Shown: positions 7,995 through 16,683 of the stretch, piece by piece
Position numbering within the stretch: the first letter of the stretch is position 1
How the letters are laid out: every line of letters begins with the position of its first letter
NCBI GenBank assembly: GCA_947496715.1
Contig: CANMDT010000003.1
Coordinates: forward strand, 13,112-77,111
DNA from: Myxococcales bacterium
GTDB lineage: Bacteria > Myxococcota_A > Bradymonadia > REDH01
Length of the DNA: 64,000 nucleotides
Direction: 5' to 3'
The notes under the pieces: model-generated
What the model was told of the DNA's origin: nothing
Seen by the model: the letters and a program-made list of their open reading frames with translations, nothing else
The model's database searches: none
Program-made: the position numbers and the translations under genes

Positions 7995-8795
7995 TTAGTA
8001 ATGCGCCAACGATCCTTCCTTGAGAACCGTCCGGACTGCCGCTCGAACCGAAAACAGCGCCACCGTTGACGCAACAGCTACCAAGACTCCTAGCCGAATC
8101 GCAACCGGCGCCAACTCGGCCCAACTGCTGCCAGCCAGCGCCAGCCGAACCCCGTCCACCACCGGTGCGATAGGAACCCATGCCCCGACGGCGCCCACCG
8201 CGGCCGGCAGCTCCGTCCGCGGCATAAACACACCTCCCGTTACCACCGCCGAGATGTGCATGGCCCGGTTCAACGGATCTCCGGCCTTGTAACGGAGTAG
8301 CAGCGCCGCCGAGATCAGACCGACCGCGAGGAAGAGGAGCATTCCGCCGACGCCGAAGAAGGCCGCGTAGACCCAGGCGACCGGAGAGGGTGCAGGCGCC
8401 ATGAACAGGCTCGCCAGCACAACAATCGCGCTCGACCGCATCACGCTCACCGACAGATCGAAGGTCGGCATCGCCGTCATCAGCGCGGGCAACGAGTGGC
8501 CCGTCATCAGGCAGGCCTCGAGCATGCCCGTCGTCTGGTGGCGACGCAGTTTGCTCGTAAAGGCGCCCAGCGAGGTCCACATGAGGTCCATCGCCGCAAA
8601 ACCGCAGGCGAGAAACGGCAAGATGCCCAACTGGCCCGCCCCCATCCCTTCGCCCACCAGCTTGGAGAGCCCGTGCAGCAGAAAGAACATCAGTCCCAGA
8701 CCGACAACTCGGTTGAAGTGAACCAGCGGATAGCTTTGCGCTTCGCGGAAATCATGGAGCCAGAAGGCACGAAGGAGCTTCCATTGCGCCCTCAT
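7995..8795 (-). CDS. ABC-2 type exporter permease
   Basis: Six hydrophobic segments, TGMLEACLMT and GVFMP...LP...WVP ABC-2 pattern; overlaps the ATPase stop (ATGA). Confidence 0.85.
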   Translation of the reverse strand: MRAQWKLLRAFWLHDFREAQSYPLVHFNRVVGLGLMFFLLHGLSKLVGEGMGAGQLGILPFLACGFAAMDLMWTSLGAFTSKLRRHQTTGMLEACLMTGHSLPALMTAMPTFDLSVSVMRSSAIVVLASLFMAPAPSPVAWVYAAFFGVGGMLLFLAVGLISAALLLRYKAGDPLNRAMHISAVVTGGVFMPRTELPAAVGAVGAWVPIAPVVDGVRLALAGSSWAELAPVAIRLGVLVAVASTVALFSVRAAVRTVLKEGSLAHY

Positions 8796-9610
8796 GCCTC
8801 TTCCTCCGCCTGCTCACGCTCAAAGACAGCATCGGCCGCGGCTGCAACCGCAGCGAAGCCGCCGGACGCCACCACGCGACCGCCGTCGAGGAGATGGACC
8901 GTGTCGCAGAGCGCCTCCAACTCTGCCATGTCGTGAGAGGCAATGAGAATGGCCTTCCCCTGCTCTTTGGCGAGCTGCAGACAGAGCCGCTTGAACGATT
9001 CACGACGGCCGGGATCGAGCCCCGTACTTGCCTCGTCGAGCAGCAGCAGCACCGGGTCGGCGATCAGCGCGCGGCCCATCGACAGCCGCTGTCGCATGCC
9101 CGATGAGTAGGTCCGGAAGGGACGATCGGCCTGCCGCGTAAGACCGACGCGGGCCAACGCATCGGCAACCGCTTCGGCCCGCGACCCACCATCCTTTTGC
9201 GCCAGTTCCGCGAAGAAGGCGAGGTTCTCACGGCCTGTCAGCCGCAGGTTGAAGGAGCGGTCCTCACGCGAGACCCAGCCGATACGCCGACGCTGCGTGC
9301 CACCCCCGGCGGTCGGCGCCGAACCATCCACAAGGAGCTCCCCCGAGGTCGGCATCACAAGGCCTGCAACGCAGCGCATGAGCGTACTTTTGCCGGCCCC
9401 GTTGGGCCCGATAAGCCCCACAATCTGCCCTGCCCCGATCTCGAACGAGATGCCATGAAGCACCTCGACCGGCGGCGGCCGGCGAAAGCGCAGAAGCTCC
9501 CTCACGCGAGGCGTGACCGTGAAGGTCTTGCAGACCTCGTGTAACCGCAGCACCGGACGCGCCCCTGCGGGAGAGAGCGCCCCTGGCTGCAACTCCCCCG
9601 CCTGAAGCAC
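8792..9610 (-). CDS. ABC exporter ATP-binding protein
   Basis: GPNGAGKST, YSSGMRQR, LLLLDE, SH switch; GTG start overlaps the mrp stop by 1 nt. Confidence 0.92.
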   Translation of the reverse strand: MLQAGELQPGALSPAGARPVLRLHEVCKTFTVTPRVRELLRFRRPPPVEVLHGISFEIGAGQIVGLIGPNGAGKSTLMRCVAGLVMPTSGELLVDGSAPTAGGGTQRRRIGWVSREDRSFNLRLTGRENLAFFAELAQKDGGSRAEAVADALARVGLTRQADRPFRTYSSGMRQRLSMGRALIADPVLLLLDEASTGLDPGRRESFKRLCLQLAKEQGKAILIASHDMAELEALCDTVHLLDGGRVVASGGFAAVAAAADAVFEREQAEEEA

Positions 9611-10839
9611 TACGAGCGCTTGAACGAGAAGAGTCCCGGCTTGGGCGCGCTTCCCGGCGAGGCAAGCGGCTTGGCATCCGTGACCCGCTGCGCGAGCTCG
9701 AGGAAGGCCTTCGTCACTGCACTGTCGGGGCTGCCGACGACAACGGGGCGACCCTCGTCACCCATCTTCCGCACGGCGCCATCGAGCGGGATTTCGCCGA
9801 GCATTGTCGTGCCGAGGCGAGCCGCCTCGCGCGTGCCGCCGCCCTGCCCGAAGATGTAGGTGCGCTCCTCGTCGGAGACGATTTTGTCGAGCGCCGCGGC
9901 GCTCTGCTCGTCGCCCTTGGCGCGCAGGCTCGCAGCAAGGTTGCGGGCCTCAGCTGCACCGGGCCAGAGGTAATAGGACATGTTCTCGACCATGCCGAGC
10001 ACATCCACATTGAGCTGGGTAAACATGCGGAGGCCGCGCGCTGCATCGATGAGCGCGAGGTCGCTGGGGGTGGTCACGATAATCGCCCCATCGACAGGCA
10101 CCGTCTGCGCAAGACTCAGCTGCGCATCGCCCGTGCCGGGAGGCATGTCGACGATGAGGTAGTCGATGCCGCGCCAGTCCACATCCTGCAGAAACTGACG
10201 GATGATGCCGGTGACGATGGGCCCGCGCCAGATGACCGGCGCATCGTCGTCCATGAGGAAGCCGAGCGACATGAGCTTGAGACCGTGGGCCTCGACCGGG
10301 ATGATGCGCTTCTCGCGCACTGCCGGACGCACATTGATACCGAGCAGCGTGGGAACGCTCGGACCGTAGATATCGACATCGAGCAGGCCAACGTGGAAGC
10401 CAAGACGCGCGAGTGCGAGCGCAAGGTTCACAGCCACCGTCGACTTGCCGACACCGCCCTTGCCCGAGGCGACCGCGATGACGCGACCAACGCCCTCGAG
10501 CGCCTTGGGTGCCTGCGATGCGCCCTTGGCAGCGGCTGGTGCAGCAGCCGCCTCGGGAGCCGGGGCCGCGCTGGCCTGATAGCCTTCTACGAAGCTCGTG
10601 ACCCGAGCCTCCTTCACGCCGTCAACCTTCTCGGCTGCCGTCGCAACTGCATCCTCAAGCGCCCAGCGCTGCTCCTTGGTGTGCTCCGCTTTGAACTTGA
10701 GAACCACGGAGGCGATGCCGCCCGCGACATCGACCTTTTCGAGGATGTGGGCCTCCAGCAGTCCTTCACCCGTGAGCGGGTCAACGACGGCAGAAACCTG
10801 ATCAATCACTTCGCCCTTGAGCGCAAAATCGTCGGCCAT
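9610..10839 (-). CDS. mrp: Mrp/ApbC (NBP35-family) P-loop ATPase, cysteine-free variant
   Basis: SGKGGVGKST, DVDIYGPS, VIWRGP, DMPPGTGD, VTTP, ENMS motifs with N-terminal DUF59-like domain. Confidence 0.88.
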   Translation of the reverse strand: MADDFALKGEVIDQVSAVVDPLTGEGLLEAHILEKVDVAGGIASVVLKFKAEHTKEQRWALEDAVATAAEKVDGVKEARVTSFVEGYQASAAPAPEAAAAPAAAKGASQAPKALEGVGRVIAVASGKGGVGKSTVAVNLALALARLGFHVGLLDVDIYGPSVPTLLGINVRPAVREKRIIPVEAHGLKLMSLGFLMDDDAPVIWRGPIVTGIIRQFLQDVDWRGIDYLIVDMPPGTGDAQLSLAQTVPVDGAIIVTTPSDLALIDAARGLRMFTQLNVDVLGMVENMSYYLWPGAAEARNLAASLRAKGDEQSAAALDKIVSDEERTYIFGQGGGTREAARLGTTMLGEIPLDGAVRKMGDEGRPVVVGSPDSAVTKAFLELAQRVTDAKPLASPGSAPKPGLFSFKRS

Positions 10840-10908
10840 GATGCGTATCCAAACTATCGAAAGAGGGAGCGCGGAGCCTAGGCTGCCACCGCTCCCCGCC
10901 GCAAGGGG

Positions 10909-12177
10909 TTAGACCGCGGCGTTGTTGCGCAGAATCGTGACGACGGCGGTGCGGTCGTCGCCGCCCATGTTTGCCGCGATGCCATGCTTGATGTCGTGGC
11001 CGACCTGGTAGTCTCCGCACCGCTTCTGCATCTGGCGGGCCACCTCGAGCACCTGCTTGATACCGGTCGCGCCGACTGGGTGGCCGAAGGCGAGAAGGCC
11101 GCCGCCCGTGTTCACTGGGATGTCGCCGCCAATCGCCGTGCGGCCCTCGCGGGCGAGCGCGCCGCCCTGCCCGTGGGCTGCGAAGCCGAGCGCCTCGGTC
11201 ATGAGCAGTTCGGTGATGGCAAAGCAGTCGTGAACCTCGGCAACCTTCATGTCGCCCGCCGTCAGCCCGGTGTCTGCATAGGCCTCGGCGGCCGCACGCT
11301 CGGTGACGCCCATCCGGGTGAAGTCGGAGACCTGCCCGAGCGCGCCGTTCGACTGCGCGTAGGAGAGCACCTCAACGGCATCGTCCGGCGAGAGGCCGAG
11401 CGCGCGCAGACCCGCTTCGGAGGCCAGAATCATGGCTGCCGCACCATCGGAGACCTGCGAGCAGTCGCTGATCTTCAAGAAGGGCGAGAGCTCCGGGTTC
11501 TTGAGGAAGGTGGGGTTGCGATCGTTTGCGGTCGCTGCCTGCTCGAAGGTCATCGGAACGGCCTTCATATGGGCGTTCGGGTTCTTCACCGCGTTGGCGT
11601 AGGCCTTCACAACCACATGGGCGACATCCTCCTCGGTCACGCCGGTCTCTGCACGACAATGCATCGTGCGACGGGCGAACATGGCGGGGAAGGTAAAGTC
11701 GTCGAGGCCGCGCTCGGTCTCGTAGTGCGAGGCGCGGGCGAGGAAGTCTGCGCCCTCGCGTGCCGACACGGTGGTCTGGGCCTCGGCGCCGATGGCGAGG
11801 GTGATGTTTCGGCCGGCCTGGATGGCCTCAATGGCGCCAATCACGGCGAGCGCGCCGGAGGCACAGGCGCCCTCCACGCGGGTGAAGGGGACGCCCTCAA
11901 GACGGCTCTCCACGCGGGCGAGCATCGAGCCGAGGTGGCCCTGCTTGTTGAAGAGTTCGCCGGCGAAGTTGCCGACATAGCCCTTCTCGATGCGGGCAGG
12001 TTCGAGGCCCGTCTCGGCAAACAGCGTGGCGAGGACCTGCGCGAAGTACTGCTCAAGCGTCGGGTTCTCGCGCTTGCCGAAGTCGGCGTGGCCCTTCCAG
12101 ATGAAGTCGGGATGCGACTTGCCGATGAAGGGGGTGAGCGCACCGCCCACAAGGAAAACGCGACGAAGAGGCTTCAT
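10909..12177 (-). CDS. Thiolase, SCP2/HDCF type
   Basis: VEGACASG, EVHDCF, GHPVGATG, NMGG fingerprints; start set to ATG 12177. Confidence 0.88.
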   Translation of the reverse strand: MKPLRRVFLVGGALTPFIGKSHPDFIWKGHADFGKRENPTLEQYFAQVLATLFAETGLEPARIEKGYVGNFAGELFNKQGHLGSMLARVESRLEGVPFTRVEGACASGALAVIGAIEAIQAGRNITLAIGAEAQTTVSAREGADFLARASHYETERGLDDFTFPAMFARRTMHCRAETGVTEEDVAHVVVKAYANAVKNPNAHMKAVPMTFEQAATANDRNPTFLKNPELSPFLKISDCSQVSDGAAAMILASEAGLRALGLSPDDAVEVLSYAQSNGALGQVSDFTRMGVTERAAAEAYADTGLTAGDMKVAEVHDCFAITELLMTEALGFAAHGQGGALAREGRTAIGGDIPVNTGGGLLAFGHPVGATGIKQVLEVARQMQKRCGDYQVGHDIKHGIAANMGGDDRTAVVTILRNNAAV

Positions 12178-12285
12178 GAAGATGCTCCAGCAGAGTGAAT
12201 GTAGGCCGAGCGGCACGGGCCTGCCGGCGCCGCGCACCTAGTCAGTCTTGGGCGGTTTGGCCACACCTCGCGCGAACGCGGCGCG

Positions 12286-13524
12286 TCAATCGGGCAGCCT
12301 CTCGAGCGTCCCTGCGGTGCCGGTTTCATCGAGCAGCACCATGTCGTCGCGATGGATGACCGCATCGCCATTGGAGTATCCGAGCGTCTCGGTGATCTGC
12401 TCGCTGCGGAGACCCTGGAGGCGTCGAATCTCCGATGCCGAGTAGGCTACCAACCCTCGCGCGAAGGTATTGCCCGCCTCGTTCTGAAGGTCGACCGCAG
12501 CGCCGGGCCCGAAGTCGCCGCTCACGCCGAGCAGACCGCTCGGCAGGAGCGACTTGCCCATCTCGCGGAGGGCGCGCGAGGCGCCAGCATCGACAGAGAT
12601 GACACCGCTCGGACGGGCTCCAAACTTGATCCAGCTCTTGCGGGCACCGAGCTGCTGATCGCGCGGAACAAGCAGTGTGCCGAAGCCAGGCCCGCCGCTC
12701 AGTGCCGCACCCAGACCACTCAGCTCGCGGCCTGGCCCGATGATGGTCGGAACGCCATAACCGGCAGCGATACGCGCCGCCCGGATCTTGGAGGCCATAC
12801 CGCCCGTGCCCGGGCCCTCCTGACTCGCCGGCCCCGCGATGGAGAGCAGCCCCGGGTCGTCGGCAAAGGCCACAGCGATGGGGTTGGCGTTGTTGTCGCG
12901 GGTCGGGTCGGCGTCGAAGACGGCGCTAACGTCGGAGAGGATGATCAGGAGGTCGGCGCCGACGACGCTGGTGAGTAGTCCGGCGAGCTGGTCGTTGTCG
13001 CCAAAGCGGAGCTCCTCGGTGGCCACCGTATCGTTCTCGTTCACGATGGGGATGATGGAGGGCACAAGCTCCATCTCGCGGAAGGTGATGCGGGCGTTGA
13101 GGAACCGCTCCCGGTTGGCGATGTCGTCGCGTGTGAGAAGCACCTGCGCGACCTGCTTGCCATAGAAGGCGAACTCTTCGCCGTAGAGGTGCATGAGGCG
13201 CGGCTGACCGATGGCTGCAAGCGCCTGCTTGGCCGACAGCGTATCGGCGCGCCCCTCATCGGCGCGCCGGAGCGAAGCGATGGTGCGACGCCCCACCGCC
13301 ACGGCGCCCGAGGTCACCAGGACGATGTGGCGGCCGGGCACGTCGGCAAGGCGCGCAATGGTCTCTACAATGGCGCAGAAATTGTGCCGGTCGATCAGGT
13401 TGGCGTAGCCACCGACCAAGACGTTCGAGCCAACCTTGATAACAATCCGTTTGGCCCGCGCGAGGCGGGCACGGGTCTCTGCTTCGGTCGCCGGGGCGAC
13501 CCGCTCAACTTGAATTCTCGACAC
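12286..13524 (-). CDS. proB: Glutamate 5-kinase with PUA domain
   Basis: IVIKVGS, LVTSGAV, AAIGQ, IVNENDTV, FGDND, GTGGMASKI, C-terminal PUA (KSLLPSG...IHRDDMV). Confidence 0.96.
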   Translation of the reverse strand: MSRIQVERVAPATEAETRARLARAKRIVIKVGSNVLVGGYANLIDRHNFCAIVETIARLADVPGRHIVLVTSGAVAVGRRTIASLRRADEGRADTLSAKQALAAIGQPRLMHLYGEEFAFYGKQVAQVLLTRDDIANRERFLNARITFREMELVPSIIPIVNENDTVATEELRFGDNDQLAGLLTSVVGADLLIILSDVSAVFDADPTRDNNANPIAVAFADDPGLLSIAGPASQEGPGTGGMASKIRAARIAAGYGVPTIIGPGRELSGLGAALSGGPGFGTLLVPRDQQLGARKSWIKFGARPSGVISVDAGASRALREMGKSLLPSGLLGVSGDFGPGAAVDLQNEAGNTFARGLVAYSASEIRRLQGLRSEQITETLGYSNGDAVIHRDDMVLLDETGTAGTLERLPD

Positions 13525-13603
13525 GGAGCAGACTCGGTTAGGGTTGACGGGCGGGCATCTTCAGGGCTTGAAGCGCCTATCGGCTACCACGCGAGGCCTC
13601 GTC

Positions 13604-15553
13604 GTGACAACGCGCTCCAACCATAACGCGACCACCGCCCTCTGGGTAGCGAGTTGGATTGTCGCGGCGGTATGCGTGTGGAACGGCTCGCCGGGTCTTG
13701 GCTGGCTCGATGCAGGCGACTTTGCCAGCGCCGGCTTCTCACTCGGAGTGCCCCACCCCTCGGGATTTCCACTCCTCACGCAGCTCACCAACCTCGCTGG
13801 GCTCCTGCCCGCAGGCAGCCTCGGCGGGCGTTCCGCCTGGCTGTCAGGCGCTGCGACCGCCGCCGCCATCGGGCTTCTCGTCGCAGCCCTCTTCCGCGCA
13901 CGGGCCTCGAAAGCGCTAGGCTTCGTCGTGGCAGTCGCGGCACTCCATGGCATCGCGACGCTGAGCATCCATGCTCGCACCACCGAGGTCTACGGGCTCA
14001 CGCTCCTGCTTGGCGCCGCCATCATCTGGCTGCTCGCGCGGGCCGACGTGCGACGCGACGCGCCCGACCTCCGACTCTCACTGCTGCTCGGCCTGCTGCT
14101 CGGTCTCGGCTTCGCCCATCACGCTCTCTTCCGACTCTGGGCGCCCGCGGTGGTAGTGCTCCATCTGCTTCAGCTACCGCGACAGCACCGGAACCGCGCA
14201 CTCCTGCTTGGCGCATCAGGTGCCGTCGTGGGAGGTCTCACCAACCTCTATCTGGTTGCGGCCGCGCTACGAGGAGGACCCCACAACTGGGGCGACCCAT
14301 CAACGCTGCCGGCGCTGCTCCGGGTGCTCGGAGGGGCTGAGATTCGTGAGGCATTCACGGGCGAAATGGGGAGCCTTACCCACGCCTCCGAACACCTGCT
14401 CGAGGCGGTGCGGCAGCTGGGAGGCTTTGCGCCCATCCTTGCAGCCTGCCTGATGATGCTGTTCGGCCTGCTGCGTTGGCGAACAGGCAGCGAAAGGGCT
14501 CCATCAGCGCTCACCGCGGTGGCCACGATGATTGCAATCGAGGTCGTCTACGCCATCTTCCTCAACCCCATGGGGCTCCGCGATCTGCAGAACCTGCAGT
14601 GGACTGCACTCCTGCTCCCGCTGCTTGGCATCGCCTGGCTCGAGCGCGCTGAAGTCCCCGATTCCGGTAAGCGTTGGCTCCTTCCTGCCGCTGCGCTCGC
14701 CCTCGCCCTGCTGCTCCGGGCACCCACCGACGCACGCGCTGTGGGCCTCGCCAATGACTGGAGCGCTGAAGACCTCGCCGCCATGGCGCTCGCCGCGGCG
14801 CCACCCGAGGCCGTTGTCCTCCCCGCGAGCGACAGCCTCATCGCCGGCACCCTCTTCCTGCAGGTCGCCGGCGACGCGCGCCCCGACCTCTACCTGCTCG
14901 GTCGGTCGCAGGCCTCGCGCGAGGCGGCGCTGCGTTACCTCGACGCTCGCCAGCCCTTCACGCTGCTCGGCGAACCGACAGAGAGGGGCGACGTCGCAGA
15001 CCTCCGCCCCCGGTTTGACCGACTGCTCGCGCGGGCCGCCGCGGCGGGACACCCGGTGCTCTGGGAGCGCCTCACGCGCGACACAGATCTACCCGCAGCA
15101 ACTGTGCTGACGGACTGCTGGCCTCTCGCCTTCGCCACGCCGGGTGGCAGCTGTCCAGTGGAGCGGCGCATCGGAACCGGCTCGCTCGACGTCGGCTTCG
15201 GCCAGTCAGCCAGAGCGAACTCAGGCGCAGCGCTCCCAGCCTACCGGAGTTGGCTCGCGGAGCAGCACGGAGCGCGAGGCTCCGACGCAGCGCGAGCGAG
15301 CGACTGGGCGCGTGCACTGCCCGCTTTTGCCGGCGCGGCGACGCTCGAGCCCTCCTCCAGCCGGCTCTCCAACCTGGCCGTGACGCTCGCCAACCTCGGG
15401 CGCTCCGACGAGGCCTTCGCTGCGCTCGAGTCGGCCTGGCCACTTTATCCGCAGAGCACGAAACTCTGCAGCAACGCGGCCGCCTTCCCCAACACGAACC
15501 CCGAAGTCAGGGCCCGCTGGGCAGCTCGATGCCCAACTCAGCCCTCGGAATAG
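13604..15553 (+). CDS. DUF2723-family (TMEM260-like) GT-C membrane protein with TPR-like tail
   Basis: DAGDF...LGVPHPSGFPL, EVYGL, HH in TM, NWGDP; many TM segments. Start uncertain (GTG 13604 chosen). Confidence 0.72.
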   Translation: MTTRSNHNATTALWVASWIVAAVCVWNGSPGLGWLDAGDFASAGFSLGVPHPSGFPLLTQLTNLAGLLPAGSLGGRSAWLSGAATAAAIGLLVAALFRARASKALGFVVAVAALHGIATLSIHARTTEVYGLTLLLGAAIIWLLARADVRRDAPDLRLSLLLGLLLGLGFAHHALFRLWAPAVVVLHLLQLPRQHRNRALLLGASGAVVGGLTNLYLVAAALRGGPHNWGDPSTLPALLRVLGGAEIREAFTGEMGSLTHASEHLLEAVRQLGGFAPILAACLMMLFGLLRWRTGSERAPSALTAVATMIAIEVVYAIFLNPMGLRDLQNLQWTALLLPLLGIAWLERAEVPDSGKRWLLPAAALALALLLRAPTDARAVGLANDWSAEDLAAMALAAAPPEAVVLPASDSLIAGTLFLQVAGDARPDLYLLGRSQASREAALRYLDARQPFTLLGEPTERGDVADLRPRFDRLLARAAAAGHPVLWERLTRDTDLPAATVLTDCWPLAFATPGGSCPVERRIGTGSLDVGFGQSARANSGAALPAYRSWLAEQHGARGSDAARASDWARALPAFAGAATLEPSSSRLSNLAVTLANLGRSDEAFAALESAWPLYPQSTKLCSNAAAFPNTNPEVRARWAARCPTQPSE

Positions 15554-16683
15554 AAGTTGGCGACAGAGGCGACAACATAGTCCTGCTGCGCCTCTGTCAG
15601 CCCCGGGAAGATGGGCAGCGCGAGCGAGTCGCGCGTCGCAGCCTCCGCGTTCGGGAACGACGCTCCCTCCGGCACGAAGGCGGCCAGCGAGGGCTGCTGC
15701 GCCAGCGTCTTGGGGTAGTAGACCGCGCTGCCGATGGAGCGCTTGTCGAGGTAGGCCGCAAGCTCATCGCGGCGCGGCGCACGCACGACGAACTGGTTGT
15801 AGACATGGTAGAAGCGACGGTCTGCGCCGTCGTCGGACGGCAGCGCGAAGGCTTCAGGCAGCGAGGCCGCCGCGAAGAGGGCACGGTAGCGAGCTGCATT
15901 GGCGCGCCGCTCCTCTTCCACCGCGTGTAGGTCGGGCAGCTTGGCGCGGAGGATGGCGGCCTGCATGCCATCGAGGCGCGCGTTGTAGCCAAGCACGACG
16001 CTGTTGTACTTCGCCGCGAAGCCATGCTGGCGCACCATGCGGAGCTGCTGGACCTCTGCCTCGGTGCGGACGAAAGCCATGCCGCCGTCGCCGTAGGCGC
16101 CCAGGTTCTTGGCGGGGAAGAAGGAGACACAGCCAACATCGCCGAGCGTGCAAACAGGCTGGCCGTCAAGACGCGCGCCGAGGCCCTGCGCTGCATCTTC
16201 GATGATGCGCACATCGCTGCGACCAGCCTCCGCAAGCGCCGCACGAAGCGCGACAACATCGGCTGCCCGACCAAAGAGGTGCACGGCGATGACCGCGCGT
16301 GTCTTCGTCGTGAGCGCTCCGACCATGGCCTCCGGCGTCAGGTTGAGCGTCTGCGGATCCACGTCGGCGAAGACGGGGCGGGCGCCCACGAGCGCGACCG
16401 TGCTCGCGGTCGACATGAAGGAATAGGCGGGCACCACGACCTCGTCGTCGGCCTGGAGTTCGAGCAGCCGGAGGGCGAGCATCAGCGCCGCCGTTCCCGA
16501 GCTGGTTCCAACGCCGCGCCAACCCGGAACTTCGAGCCATGCCGCCAGCTCCTCTTCGAACGCTGCTGCTTCGGGACCCAGGATAAACTGCTGGTGGTCG
16601 AGGCAGCGGGCAACCGCCTGCTCAATCTCCGGCTTGCGGCGAAGGTGGAGCAACTTCATGTCGAGCAGGGGGACCGTCATCAT
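15538..16683 (-). CDS. DegT/DnrJ/EryC1/StrS sugar aminotransferase (WbpE-like)
   Basis: SSGTAAL, IEDAAQGLG, SFFPAKNLGAYGDGG (PLP Lys), NARLDGMQAA, HVYNQF, SLALPIFP. Confidence 0.92.
   Translation of the reverse strand: MMTVPLLDMKLLHLRRKPEIEQAVARCLDHQQFILGPEAAAFEEELAAWLEVPGWRGVGTSSGTAALMLALRLLELQADDEVVVPAYSFMSTASTVALVGARPVFADVDPQTLNLTPEAMVGALTTKTRAVIAVHLFGRAADVVALRAALAEAGRSDVRIIEDAAQGLGARLDGQPVCTLGDVGCVSFFPAKNLGAYGDGGMAFVRTEAEVQQLRMVRQHGFAAKYNSVVLGYNARLDGMQAAILRAKLPDLHAVEEERRANAARYRALFAAASLPEAFALPSDDGADRRFYHVYNQFVVRAPRRDELAAYLDKRSIGSAVYYPKTLAQQPSLAAFVPEGASFPNAEAATRDSLALPIFPGLTEAQQDYVVASVANFYSEG

Noticed and set aside
1809-9610. Calling the locus an ordinary lasso peptide cluster
   Set aside because: No asparagine-synthetase-like cyclase in the window and no Asp/Glu in the predicted core.
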